Of a stretch of 15,147 nucleotides of DNA, positions 1 to 8,386 are shown one piece after another; within the stretch, counting starts at the first letter, position 1, and each line of letters begins with the position of its first letter. Under the pieces are notes generated by a model. The model searched no databases and had not been told where the DNA came from. It saw only the letters and a list, made by a program, of their open reading frames with translations. The translations under genes were made by a program, and so were the position numbers. Source of the DNA: Calditrichia bacterium (GTDB lineage: Bacteria > Calditrichota > Calditrichia > RBG-13-44-9); contig JARRQT010000090.1 of NCBI GenBank assembly GCA_037381445.1, positions 1 through 15,147 of the forward strand, read 5' to 3'.

Positions 1-621
1 TTGCGGAACGGCGCGGGCGGTGATTCCCATGGCAACACTGGTCAAAAAAAGCGTTACCATCGCGGGCGCCGCGATTTTAATCCCGATAACAAATACCGAT
101 GCCGATATGTGAATTATCTTATTTATTCCCAGACTTGTCATGGACCAGGTACCGATGGGCAGCAATTTGAAGCTGTAGACCACCGCCTCAATGAGAAAAT
201 GGTGTCCGTCAATCAGAACAAAAAACAGCATGGCCAGGATGTTCTTCAGACGCGCAATAACCGAAATCTGCTGCTGGAACATGGGATCGAATTCCTGCGC
301 CATGGAGAATCCCATATCCACACCAATGTATTCCCCTGCCAGTTCGATTCCGGAAAAAAGAAAATTGAAGACCATTCCGATGGTGAGCCCGGTTAAAATT
401 TCTCCCACCGTCAAGATCAGCGCATTTACGAAATTCAGTTCAAATTCCGGCGTGAACTTATCGACCATTGGAAATACCAGCATCGCCAGAACACCGGCCA
501 GCCCAATCTTGAGAATTTTGGGGATGCCCTTAATTCCAAAAACCGGCGCGGATGCAAACATGGAGGTAAAGCGCACCAGAATAAGGAAAAAAAGGAGAAT
601 TTGGTGTTCTGTGAAATTCAT
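1..621 (-). CDS. fliR: Flagellar export apparatus protein FliR (partial, runs off window start)
   Basis: Not in the ORF track; translated by hand from the ATG at 621, which overlaps the fliQ stop (TAATG): MNFTEHQILLFFLILVRFTSMFASAPVFG...GEILTGLTIGMVFNFLFSGIELAGEYIGVDMGFSMAQEFDP. Hydrophobic, with typical FliR motifs, and follows fliP-fliQ. Confidence 0.95.
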   Translation of the reverse strand, partial: MNFTEHQILLFFLILVRFTSMFASAPVFGIKGIPKILKIGLAGVLAMLVFPMVDKFTPEFELNFVNALILTVGEILTGLTIGMVFNFLFSGIELAGEYIGVDMGFSMAQEFDPMFQQQISVIARLKNILAMLFFVLIDGHHFLIEAVVYSFKLLPIGTWSMTSLGINKIIHISASVFVIGIKIAAPAMVTLFLTSVAMGITARAVPQ

Positions 622-890
622 TATCGGGCTACCATTTTGATCATATCAAAAACGTTAACGGTGTAGGACATGATGACCTGAATCATCCAGGGCAGCATGA
701 GCAGCAACAAAAAAATGACTGCCAGGATTTTGGGAATAAAAGTCAGGGTCATTTCATTTATTGAGGTCACCGCCTGAAAGATGCCCACCAGCAGCCCCAT
801 AACCAGCGTCACTACAAGAATGGGTCCGGCAATTATCATCGTCGTGTAAATCGCATCAGTAATAAATTTTATGGCAAACTGTTCATTCAT
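621..890 (-). CDS. fliQ: Flagellar export apparatus protein FliQ
   Basis: 89 aa with the signature GLLVGIFQAVTSINEMTLTFIPKI; lies between fliP and fliR. Confidence 0.97.
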   Translation of the reverse strand: MNEQFAIKFITDAIYTTMIIAGPILVVTLVMGLLVGIFQAVTSINEMTLTFIPKILAVIFLLLLMLPWMIQVIMSYTVNVFDMIKMVAR

Positions 891-901
891 TTCGCAAATC
901 C

Positions 902-1669
902 TTAAAAGCTTGTAACAATTGAGCTCACCAGCAGATACCAGCCATCAACCAGCACAAAAAGCAGAATCTTAAAGGGGAGTGATATCATCATGGGAGGCAG
1001 CATCAGCATACCCATGCTCATTAAAACACTGGCCACCACCATATCGATTATCAAAAACGGGATATACAAAATAAACCCGATCTGAAAAGCTATGCGAAGC
1101 TCACTGATGGCGAATGCCGGGATGAGCACCAGCGTCGAGACATCGGAGATATTGGCCGGTTTCTCGTCGGAAGAAAGCTTCAAAAACAGTCCAAGATCCT
1201 TTTCCCGGGTATGTTTAAACATAAATTCGCGCACCGGCTGAAGACCGCGTTCATAGGCGGCTTGCTGAGAAATTTTTCCGCTCATATAAGGCTGCAGCGC
1301 TTCACTGTTCACTTTCCCCCAGGTCGGCGCCATGATAAAGAAAGTCAGGAATAAACCCAATCCGATTAGAACCTGGTTAGGGGGAATCTGCTGCGTGCCC
1401 AGTGCCTGGCGGATAAAATGAAATACAATGATGATGCGGGTAAATGATGTCAGCATGATGAGAATGGCGGGGGCCAGCGCCAGAATGGTCATCAGAAAAA
1501 TTATCTGCAGGGTTACCGAGAAATCCTGCGGACTCTTCGCGCTGTCCACGCCCACGGTAACCTTGGGCAATGCGATGGGGTTGCTTCCCTGCTGAGCGCC
1601 GGCCAGCTCGGGGATCAGGCACAGCGTAATCAAAGCAATAATGAATAAGTGTCTTAAAACTGCTGACAT
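902..1669 (-). CDS. fliP: Flagellar export gate protein FliP
   Basis: Motifs [39 protein letters not shown] and [27 protein letters not shown]-terminal signal-peptide-like segment. Confidence 0.98.
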   Translation of the reverse strand: MSAVLRHLFIIALITLCLIPELAGAQQGSNPIALPKVTVGVDSAKSPQDFSVTLQIIFLMTILALAPAILIMLTSFTRIIIVFHFIRQALGTQQIPPNQVLIGLGLFLTFFIMAPTWGKVNSEALQPYMSGKISQQAAYERGLQPVREFMFKHTREKDLGLFLKLSSDEKPANISDVSTLVLIPAFAISELRIAFQIGFILYIPFLIIDMVVASVLMSMGMLMLPPMMISLPFKILLFVLVDGWYLLVSSIVTSF

Positions 1670-1709
1670 CCGTTTAACAGGCGGGATTGCCTGCCCTCCA
1701 ATAATTGAG

Positions 1710-2180
1710 TTATGATTCCAGATTCTTTTTAATCATTCCCAGAAATTTGCCCTCGTTCCAACTTCCGGGTTTTGACTGGAGTTTATCCAGATACGGTTTT
1801 ATCTTTGTTTCATCCTCGAATTCAGCAAGCGTCTGCATGGATGAATCTGTTAATCCAACCAGAAGGATGCGATCCATTACTTTGACCAGCACTAAAAATT
1901 TCTTAGGCATGATCTGAGTCTGCCCCAGGATCTGCATCCAATCGGATTGCTTTACCCCGCCGGTGGTGCCGAAAACATATTTCTTCAGCAGGTACACCGA
2001 AACAAAGATCAGGATGATGATGAATATGAGGATTGCCATGGTTTTTACCAGCAGCCAACCCATATTGACTGGTTGGGCGCCGGATGATATACCCGCAGCG
2101 CTGCTATCATCGACCGTCTGTGCCAGAACCGGCAGTGCCAACAGCAGCCAACCCAAAACCATGTAAGATCTCTTCAGCAC
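1710..2180 (-). CDS. fliO: Flagellar biogenesis protein FliO/FliZ
   Basis: Between fliN and fliP. Signal-peptide-like N-terminus, one TM helix, then a FliO-like beta region ([28 protein letters not shown]). GTG at 2180, just after the fliN stop and preceded by GGAAGGA, is preferred over the track's TTG at 2198. Confidence 0.85.
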   Translation of the reverse strand: MLKRSYMVLGWLLLALPVLAQTVDDSSAAGISSGAQPVNMGWLLVKTMAILIFIIILIFVSVYLLKKYVFGTTGGVKQSDWMQILGQTQIMPKKFLVLVKVMDRILLVGLTDSSMQTLAEFEDETKIKPYLDKLQSKPGSWNEGKFLGMIKKNLES

Positions 2181-2181
2181 G

Positions 2182-2598
2182 CTAATTTTCCTTCCCAAGA
2201 TTCTTGATTCTGTCTTCGGGATCTATCAGGTGAGTTATTCTGATGCCGAAGTGTTTATCGACGACCACCACTTCGCCTTCTGCCATTTTCTTATTGTTGA
2301 TGTAAAGGTCTACGGGTTCGCCGGCCATCTTATCCAATTCAATGATAGAGCCGCGTTCCAATTCCAATACATCTTTGACATACATCCTGGTGCGTCCCAA
2401 TTCAATGGAAACAGGCAGGACAATATCCATTATTAATTCCAGCCGGCTGCGGCTTGAACCGGAATTGCCCGGTTTTTCAAAATTTTCCAGTTTAGCCTGG
2501 CTTACTTCCGGCATTTCATTCACGTTTTCCATTTGCTCTTCCAAAAGCTCCTCTTCCGTATTGCCATCCACTGGCATTCTTTCATTTTCATCACTCAT
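2182..2598 (-). CDS. fliN: Flagellar motor switch protein FliN
   Basis: SpoA domain (LIMDIVLPVSIELGRTRM...GSIIELDKMAGEPVDLYINNKKMAEGEVVVVDKHFGIRI). Short acidic N-terminus and no CheC domain, so FliN rather than FliY. SD AAGGAG. Confidence 0.96.
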   Translation of the reverse strand: MSDENERMPVDGNTEEELLEEQMENVNEMPEVSQAKLENFEKPGNSGSSRSRLELIMDIVLPVSIELGRTRMYVKDVLELERGSIIELDKMAGEPVDLYINNKKMAEGEVVVVDKHFGIRITHLIDPEDRIKNLGKEN

Positions 2599-2615
2599 TA
2601 TTCACACTCCTTTAC

Positions 2616-3596
2616 TTATTCCCGGCTAGCATCGCTGGAAATCTTCAGAGAAATCTGGTCATTGACAATCCCGGGACGACCAAAAAATTTGAGGCGATTT
2701 GCAAGAAAGATGGGCAAATCTCCCTCGATGGTTGTATCCAACACCAGAACATCACCCAGTTCCAACGCAAGCAAATCCCTGATGCTGATTTCAGTTTTGC
2801 CCAGCAGTGCGTTAACATCCAGGGAGGTTTTTTTGAGCTGTTCGCTGATTTTATATTTGACTTTATCTTTATCTTTGGCTGTCTGGACTGTGGAATAATA
2901 CTGGACATTCAGCTTGGCGATGACCTCTTCCAGTGCAAAGGAAGGATAGCAAAGGTTCATCATGAATGAATCTTCGCCGATCTTAATCTCGAAAGACACC
3001 ACAATAACAATTTCGCTGGCCGGGGCAATCTGGACGAAATCAGGATTGCTCTCGAATCCACTGAGGCTGAAATTCAGTTTTTGTATCGGCTTCCAGGCGT
3101 TGGAAAGATTATTGAGCGCCTGAGACATCAGGGGACGCATCATCCGCTGCTCAATGGTAGTAATACTGCGATTGCTCTTCATCTTGAATCCCGAACCGCC
3201 CAGCAGACGCTCCACAATCACCAGCACCAGCTCCGGCGTCATCTCCATGACAGCCCGACCTTCGGTTTCCGAGATCTCAAAAATGTAAATACAACTGGGA
3301 TTGCTTATGGACAGAACATATTCGGAATAACGGAGCTGGTCCACGGCTATTAAATCGATGGTTGCCATGGTTTGCAGTTTGGACGCCAGATAAAAGCCGA
3401 AAATTTCCGAAAAATTTTCATGCAGGGTCCGGATTGTCTTTAATTGATCTTTTGAAACGCGGTTCGGCCGGCGGAAATCGTACTCGTAGGTATCGCGGTT
3501 TTTGCGGTATTCCCCAAGCTGATCTTCTTTAATTTCCCCCGAATTTATCCCGGATAAGAGCTGATCAATTTCCTGTTGAGAGAGAACTTCGGACAA
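2616..3596 (-). CDS. fliM: Flagellar motor switch protein FliM
   Basis: N-terminal CheY-binding motif VLSQQEIDQLL, YDFRRPNRVSKDQL, LLGG, ESNPDFVQI and a C-terminal SpoA domain; TTG start. Confidence 0.97.
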   Translation of the reverse strand: MSEVLSQQEIDQLLSGINSGEIKEDQLGEYRKNRDTYEYDFRRPNRVSKDQLKTIRTLHENFSEIFGFYLASKLQTMATIDLIAVDQLRYSEYVLSISNPSCIYIFEISETEGRAVMEMTPELVLVIVERLLGGSGFKMKSNRSITTIEQRMMRPLMSQALNNLSNAWKPIQKLNFSLSGFESNPDFVQIAPASEIVIVVSFEIKIGEDSFMMNLCYPSFALEEVIAKLNVQYYSTVQTAKDKDKVKYKISEQLKKTSLDVNALLGKTEISIRDLLALELGDVLVLDTTIEGDLPIFLANRLKFFGRPGIVNDQISLKISSDASRE

Positions 3597-3606
3597 TTCC
3601 TGCTCC

Positions 3607-4173
3607 TTACTGAATTATATAGTTCGAAAAGTAAACATGCATAAGATGCCTGGCAGGCAACAGATTTTTGAGGGATGCAATGATCTCTTTACGCAACGCT
3701 TCCTTATCTTCGGGCCCGTCCAGTTCGGGAAGGGTTTTCGCGCTTAATATCTTGATCAGAACGTCACGAATCTGGACTTCGCGATCAGCGAGCATTGTAA
3801 GGTCTTCATCTGTTTTAACCTCAAATCCAAAATTAATTAGTACAAATTGCATTCCCCTGCTCTCCGCAGGATTCACAATCACATCTTCAAGCCTAAAGAT
3901 TTTTCCGAAATCCTTTTCTTTTTCCTGTTCAACAGACTTTTCAGCTTTCGCGCCATTTTTGAAATTTTCGGTTTTGGGCGAAGAAGAATTATCCCCATAG
4001 AGACGGGGAACAATCACATTATTTGCCAGAAAATAAGCGACAAGAATCTGTATAAGAATTAAAGGTATTCCTATTTTCAACAAGCTAAACGACTTCTTCT
4101 CACCGGAATCGGTAGTTTCTCCATTTTCAGAAACATCGATATCCGTTCTCTGTTCGTCATCTAATTCAGGCAT
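3607..4173 (-). CDS. fliL: Flagellar basal body-associated protein FliL
   Basis: Single TM helix followed by LEDVIVNPA...QIRDVLIKILSAKT...VYFSNYIIQ; lies between motB and fliM. Confidence 0.93.
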   Translation of the reverse strand: MPELDDEQRTDIDVSENGETTDSGEKKSFSLLKIGIPLILIQILVAYFLANNVIVPRLYGDNSSSPKTENFKNGAKAEKSVEQEKEKDFGKIFRLEDVIVNPAESRGMQFVLINFGFEVKTDEDLTMLADREVQIRDVLIKILSAKTLPELDGPEDKEALRKEIIASLKNLLPARHLMHVYFSNYIIQ

Positions 4174-4192
4174 TCCAAATCCTTATCAATAG

Positions 4193-4927
4193 TTAGAAAG
4201 TTCTTTCCCGGAGGTTTTTCAATTTATCCTGATGGTCTATATATATTTCCACTCTTCTGTTCTTGGTTCTGTTTTCGGGTGTATCATTCGGCACCAGCGG
4301 ATGATATTCGCCATATCCCACGGCCGCCAGGCGATAGGGTTCGATATGCCCGTTATCCAAAAAGAAACGTAAAACACTTAGTGCCCTGGCGGTGGATAGC
4401 TCCCAGTTGGAAGGGAATTCAAGGGTATGAATCGGCAGGTTATCGGTATGCCCCTCAATGCGGATGCTGTTCGGCCAATCCTGGGTCATTTCCACGATTT
4501 TGTTTAGGATAGCGTATGACTGTTCCTTTAATTCCGCCTGCCCCAAATTGAATAATACAGGAGATTCGATGCGGACCAGAATACCCTTGGCAGAACTTTC
4601 CAGGGTCACGTCATTTTCCAGCCCATTCTGCTTAATCATGTTCCGCATTTCGGAGATGACTTTCTGCACCCGCTTTTGCTGGAAGTCCGTTAACTGGGGC
4701 AACAGCGGCTCCTTCTGCCACATAATCGACTGTTCTTTGGGAAGAACCCCCAACGCCCCCTTGAGGGAGCCCATTGCCTGGCGGAACTTGGTAAGTTCAA
4801 TAGAAGAAAAAGATACCAGAAGGACAAAAAAAGTCAGAAGCAAGCTCATAAGATCGCCGTAGGTGACCATCCAATCCGGGGCCCCGCCGCCACCTGCTTC
4901 TGAATTTTTTCTTTTTCTTCGTGCCAT
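4193..4927 (-). CDS. motB: Flagellar stator B subunit (MotB/PomB/MotS type)
   Basis: TM motif WMVTYGDLMSLLLTFFVLL with the conserved Asp; OmpA-like peptidoglycan-binding domain (IEGHTDN, NWELSTARA, NRRVEI). Confidence 0.96.
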   Translation of the reverse strand: MARRKRKNSEAGGGGAPDWMVTYGDLMSLLLTFFVLLVSFSSIELTKFRQAMGSLKGALGVLPKEQSIMWQKEPLLPQLTDFQQKRVQKVISEMRNMIKQNGLENDVTLESSAKGILVRIESPVLFNLGQAELKEQSYAILNKIVEMTQDWPNSIRIEGHTDNLPIHTLEFPSNWELSTARALSVLRFFLDNGHIEPYRLAAVGYGEYHPLVPNDTPENRTKNRRVEIYIDHQDKLKNLRERTF

Positions 4928-4960
4928 ATATCATACCTGCCCTTATCTATTCAAGGTGGG

Positions 4961-4975
4961 GCAAGATGTATGCCA
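4961..4975 (-). promoter_or_regulatory. Sigma54 (-24/-12) promoter upstream of motB
   Basis: Minus strand TGGCATACATCTTGC has exact GG-N10-GC spacing and closely matches TGGCAC-N5-TTGC; it ends 33 nt upstream of the motB ATG in an AT-rich gap. Confidence 0.8.
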
Positions 4976-5081
4976 CAATTTCATTTTTTTGGTAAATATG
5001 GCGAGGTGGGCTAATTACTATATATTACTGTGAATTATAAACTCACACCACAATGTGTATATATTAAAAACAATCGTGAGT

Positions 5082-5095
5082 GTCAAAAAAATGAC
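5082..5095. promoter_or_regulatory. Putative upstream activator site for a sigma54 enhancer-binding protein (FleQ-box-like palindrome)
   Basis: GTCA-AAAAAA-TGAC is a 14-bp palindrome resembling the FleQ box GTCaNTAAAtTGAC, about 135-145 bp upstream of the inferred start site. An adjacent degenerate copy (CTCGTTTTTCGAC) lies at 5095-5107. Confidence 0.55.
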
Positions 5096-5140
5096 TCGTT
5101 TTTCGACACCAAATTTTAAAAAATAGACATTGACAGATTT

Positions 5141-5932
5141 TTATCCAGATTCGTCCTCCCGGCCGTTGTTTTCCCTGAGTTTGGGTGGCAGAAAAGTTTT
5201 CAGTTTCTGTTCCACCAGCCTGGGATTGTCCCCCGACTGAATGGCCAGTATCCCCTCCATGATCATGTCGCGGACCTTTACTTCCTCTTTGGTTCTCTCC
5301 TTAAGCTTTCCCGCCAGCGGCAGAAAAATCAAATTGGCCAGAACCGCCCCGTAAAAAGTGGTAATTAATGCAACTGCCATAGCAGGCCCGATAGTTGAGG
5401 GATCTTTCATATTCTGCAACATAATCACCAGCCCGATAAGAGTTCCGATCATTCCGAAGGCGGGAGCAAAAGTGCCAAATGCCTGTAAAATTCCGTGCCC
5501 CTTCCCATGCCTGTCTTCAAGATTACCCATTTCGGTATCCAGAATTTCGCGGAGAAGTTCGGGCTCAGTTCCATCAATGGCCAACTGTAATCCATCCTTT
5601 ATGAAGTCATCATCAATTTCCCTAATGTGTTTCTCAAGCGCCAGAAGTCCTTCGCGGCGAGCTTCTTCAGCAAACTGCACGATTGTTTCTATTAATCTGG
5701 TAGGTTCCGCCGTCTTGGTCAGCAAGGTCTTGCGCATCACACCAATTACCCCCAACACATCATTTAAGGGGTATTGTACCAGCACCGCGGCAATTGTGCC
5801 CCCGACTACTACAAAGAGAGACGGAATATTGATAAAAGCGGCCAGGCCGCCGCTTACCATAATTGAAAGTAAAATTAATAAAGTGCCGCCGAATAATCCC
5901 AATAAAGTCGCAATGTCGAAAACTTTTTTCAT
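5141..5932 (-). CDS. motA: Flagellar stator A subunit (MotA/PomA/MotP type)
   Basis: Motifs ARREGLLALE, GLQLAIDG, APAFGMIGTLIGLV, IGPAMAVALITTFYG and EGILAIQSGDNPR. Confidence 0.96.
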   Translation of the reverse strand: MKKVFDIATLLGLFGGTLLILLSIMVSGGLAAFINIPSLFVVVGGTIAAVLVQYPLNDVLGVIGVMRKTLLTKTAEPTRLIETIVQFAEEARREGLLALEKHIREIDDDFIKDGLQLAIDGTEPELLREILDTEMGNLEDRHGKGHGILQAFGTFAPAFGMIGTLIGLVIMLQNMKDPSTIGPAMAVALITTFYGAVLANLIFLPLAGKLKERTKEEVKVRDMIMEGILAIQSGDNPRLVEQKLKTFLPPKLRENNGREDESG

Positions 5933-5934
5933 CG

Positions 5935-6141
5935 TTACTTTTTCACTTCAATTTTTAGGTGCTCAAAACAGCGTTGTCTGTAACGGACCACCCTCTCCAC
6001 AACTTCGTCTACAGATTCCTTCACAAAAACTTTTTTTCCGTTGGTCATTGTGATAATGGTATCCGGTGTCGATTCGATAAATTCAATCATCTCTGCATTG
6101 ATAGTAATAGGCGTATCATTAATTTTTGTTACGGTAATCAT
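5935..6141 (-). CDS. flbD: FlbD/SwrD family flagellar protein
   Basis: 68 aa, MITVTKIN...INAEMIEFIESTPDTIITMTNGKKVFVKESVDEV; conserved position between flgE and motA. Confidence 0.93.
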   Translation of the reverse strand: MITVTKINDTPITINAEMIEFIESTPDTIITMTNGKKVFVKESVDEVVERVVRYRQRCFEHLKIEVKK

Positions 6142-6169
6142 AATAATGTCCCTAATGGTTCATTATTCA

Positions 6170-6196
6170 TTATCGGGTGATTATTTATTTTTTTAA
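6170..6196 (-). promoter_or_regulatory. Sigma28 (FliA/SigD)-like promoter upstream of flbD-motA
   Basis: Minus strand TTAA-N15-CCCGATAA against the consensus TAAA-N15-GCCGATAA. It lies just downstream of the flgE hairpin and has the same geometry as the site upstream of fliK. Confidence 0.72.
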
Positions 6197-6206
6197 CCCG
6201 ATTTTT

Positions 6207-6235
6207 AAAGAGCGGTTCTATAAAAAGAACCGCTC
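6207..6235 (-). terminator. Stem-loop after flgE (weak intrinsic terminator or 3' stabiliser)
   Basis: Perfect 10-bp stem GAGCGGTTCT/AGAACCGCTC (6210-6219 / 6226-6235) with a 6-nt loop, 15 nt after the flgE stop. Only UUU follows on the minus strand. Confidence 0.65.
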
Positions 6236-6250
6236 CGATAGGCTAATTTA

Positions 6251-8347
6251 TTAACGTTTCAGATTCGTCACTTCAGAAAGCATCTCATCACTTGTGGTAA
6301 TAATCCTGGCATTTGCCTGGAATCCCCGCTGTGCGACAATCATTTTGGTAAACTCTTCCGCCATATCAACATTAGACTGCTCCAGAGCCCCGGCAATGAT
6401 ACTTGCGTTGATTCCTTCACCGGCTGTGCTGATAATCGGATCACCTGAATTGCCGGAAAGCGCGAACAGATTATCTTCAGTTCGCATCAAACCACCGGGA
6501 TTGTTGAAGCTGGCAAGAGCGAGCTGCCCAAGAACCTGCACCACGCCATTGGTGAATCCTCCGGTAATTCTGCCCGTTTGATCAATGGAGATTTGCTCCA
6601 GCGTACCCATTCCGTAACCATCCTGCGAGGTAACAAAGACCGAAGTGTTGGCGCCGGATAGCTGCGTAACACCATCAAAACCACCGTATTCACCCGGATT
6701 GATTTCGATGCTGACCACAGAATTACCGCCTGTCCCGGGATCTACCTGCAATGATGACGAACCGTCATCAAAACTGAATTCCCTCAGGGAACCGTCATCG
6801 TTGAATTCCACAAAACCGGTGCGGCCGCCCGTAACGGATGCCGGTTCCGGTACCTGGGCTTCCCAAATCCAGCGGTTGGGTTGGGTCACATCCTTGGTAT
6901 AAATCAAGGTCAGGTCGATGGGATTTCCCAGCGAGTCGTATGCCGTGATGCTGGAAGACTGTTTGACATCCTCTGCCTTTTGCAGTTCGCTGTAGTGTCC
7001 GGGAGTAGAATCGAAAATTCCGTTGAAAGTGGTGCGTGCAACGCCGGCGCCGTCCTCTGCCCGGATATCCAGTGCACTCAGTTCATAGATTTCCCCACCA
7101 TCAGCATGGATCCGTAGCCCACCGTCATTGGAATCGATTTCCACACCATCGGAGTTTGTCAGACCGAACGAAGCCTCTATCTGAGAGGCAAAATCCTGAT
7201 AGGTACTGGTCCCGGTAACAGTGAACGCATAAGGCGTTATTGCATCTCCGCCCTTCAAACCATTGATGGTAATCGCATCATTAGCATTCAATCCAAGAGA
7301 TTGCCCGTTTTCATCGCGCAGATTCACCAGAAGATCGTCAGCCTGCGCTTTATGAGAAAACTCATCGGTAAGATGCGAGGTACCGGCCGCCAGGGTATCG
7401 GTTCCGCCATGCAAGGCATTTTGTAAAATCGGATTGTTACTGGTCAGCGTAACATCTATATTTCCTGCACTGCCGTTCGTAAACTGCAAAGCTCCTCCGC
7501 CACTGAAAGAGACCGTCAGGTTCGAACCTGCAAAATCAGAATTAATTTCATCAATCAGATCCTGAAGCGTATGGAAAGCCCCATTTCCAACAACGCCGTT
7601 ATCCTCTGCCACATATTTGTAATTTCTGGTAACATCACCCGTACCATCGTTGACGGTGATACCGATTTCAGTGGAATTCGGTATCATACCTGTGATTTTA
7701 TTGTTTGCCATGCCGGTGGCCAGCAACCCGTTAATATCCGAATCGCCCATTTCAACCGCATAGACAGAATCAGTTTTCAGGATATTGCCCTGCGGAAGTG
7801 CGCTGGCATCCAGGTTCCCGGCGAGTGTGATGCTGCTGGTTGCCCGGGCCGGCTGCTTTTTACCGAATGGCAGCACGATATCTGTCAGGCGGCTTCCCGC
7901 CTCGATGACGCCTTCCGAATTCGCCAGATAACCCTGCACCTTTACGCCGCTTCCCGGCATGATGAGTGCACCATTGGCATCAAACTGGAAATTTCCGGCC
8001 CGCGTATAATGGCGGATATTCCCGTCCCTGACCACGAAGAATCCATCTCCCTGGATGGCTAAGTCGGTGGTCTGTCCGGTGGTTTCGATATTTCCCTGTC
8101 CGAATAGCGTGTCGATTGTGGACAGCGACATTCCTAATCCGACCTGCATGGGATTCGTCCCGCCCACATTTGCCAGCGGCTGGGTGGTTCCCCTTAATGT
8201 CTGGGCAAATGTCTCGCTGAAGGAGACGCGGCCCGCTTTAAATCCAATAGTATTTGCATTTGAAAGATTGTTTCCAATTACGTCCATCATTACCTGATGG
8301 TTTCGTAAGCCTGAGACACCTGCATACAATGAACGCATCAAACCCAT
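6251..8347 (-). CDS. flgE: Flagellar hook protein FlgE (long form, 698 aa)
   Basis: N-terminal SLYAGVSGL...DVIGNNLSNANTIGFK, DLAIQGDGFF, YTRAGNF and GNLD; C-terminal LEQSNVDMAEEFTKMIVAQRGFQANARIITTSDEML. SD AGGAGGA 6 nt upstream. Confidence 0.97.
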   Translation of the reverse strand: MGLMRSLYAGVSGLRNHQVMMDVIGNNLSNANTIGFKAGRVSFSETFAQTLRGTTQPLANVGGTNPMQVGLGMSLSTIDTLFGQGNIETTGQTTDLAIQGDGFFVVRDGNIRHYTRAGNFQFDANGALIMPGSGVKVQGYLANSEGVIEAGSRLTDIVLPFGKKQPARATSSITLAGNLDASALPQGNILKTDSVYAVEMGDSDINGLLATGMANNKITGMIPNSTEIGITVNDGTGDVTRNYKYVAEDNGVVGNGAFHTLQDLIDEINSDFAGSNLTVSFSGGGALQFTNGSAGNIDVTLTSNNPILQNALHGGTDTLAAGTSHLTDEFSHKAQADDLLVNLRDENGQSLGLNANDAITINGLKGGDAITPYAFTVTGTSTYQDFASQIEASFGLTNSDGVEIDSNDGGLRIHADGGEIYELSALDIRAEDGAGVARTTFNGIFDSTPGHYSELQKAEDVKQSSSITAYDSLGNPIDLTLIYTKDVTQPNRWIWEAQVPEPASVTGGRTGFVEFNDDGSLREFSFDDGSSSLQVDPGTGGNSVVSIEINPGEYGGFDGVTQLSGANTSVFVTSQDGYGMGTLEQISIDQTGRITGGFTNGVVQVLGQLALASFNNPGGLMRTEDNLFALSGNSGDPIISTAGEGINASIIAGALEQSNVDMAEEFTKMIVAQRGFQANARIITTSDEMLSEVTNLKR

Positions 8348-8386
8348 GATACATCCTCCTTGACATTTTTTCGTCCTTGTTTATGC

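Noticed and set aside
5012..5024. IHF-like site between the sigma54 promoter and the enhancer box
   Set aside because: TAATTACTATATA has two mismatches to YAANNNNTTGATW in a very AT-rich stretch; the position fits, but the match is not distinguishable from chance.
5358..6053. 231-aa plus-strand ORF opposite motA/flbD, and the other short plus-strand ORFs in the track
   Set aside because: They overlap well-supported minus-strand genes and look like antisense-frame artefacts.
7802..7867. Possible spirochaete-type lysinoalanine self-crosslinking site in FlgE (K...CNLD)
   Set aside because: A Lys sits 13 residues upstream (GKKQPARATSSITLAGNLD), but the position of the required Cys is Gly, so the crosslink is not supported.
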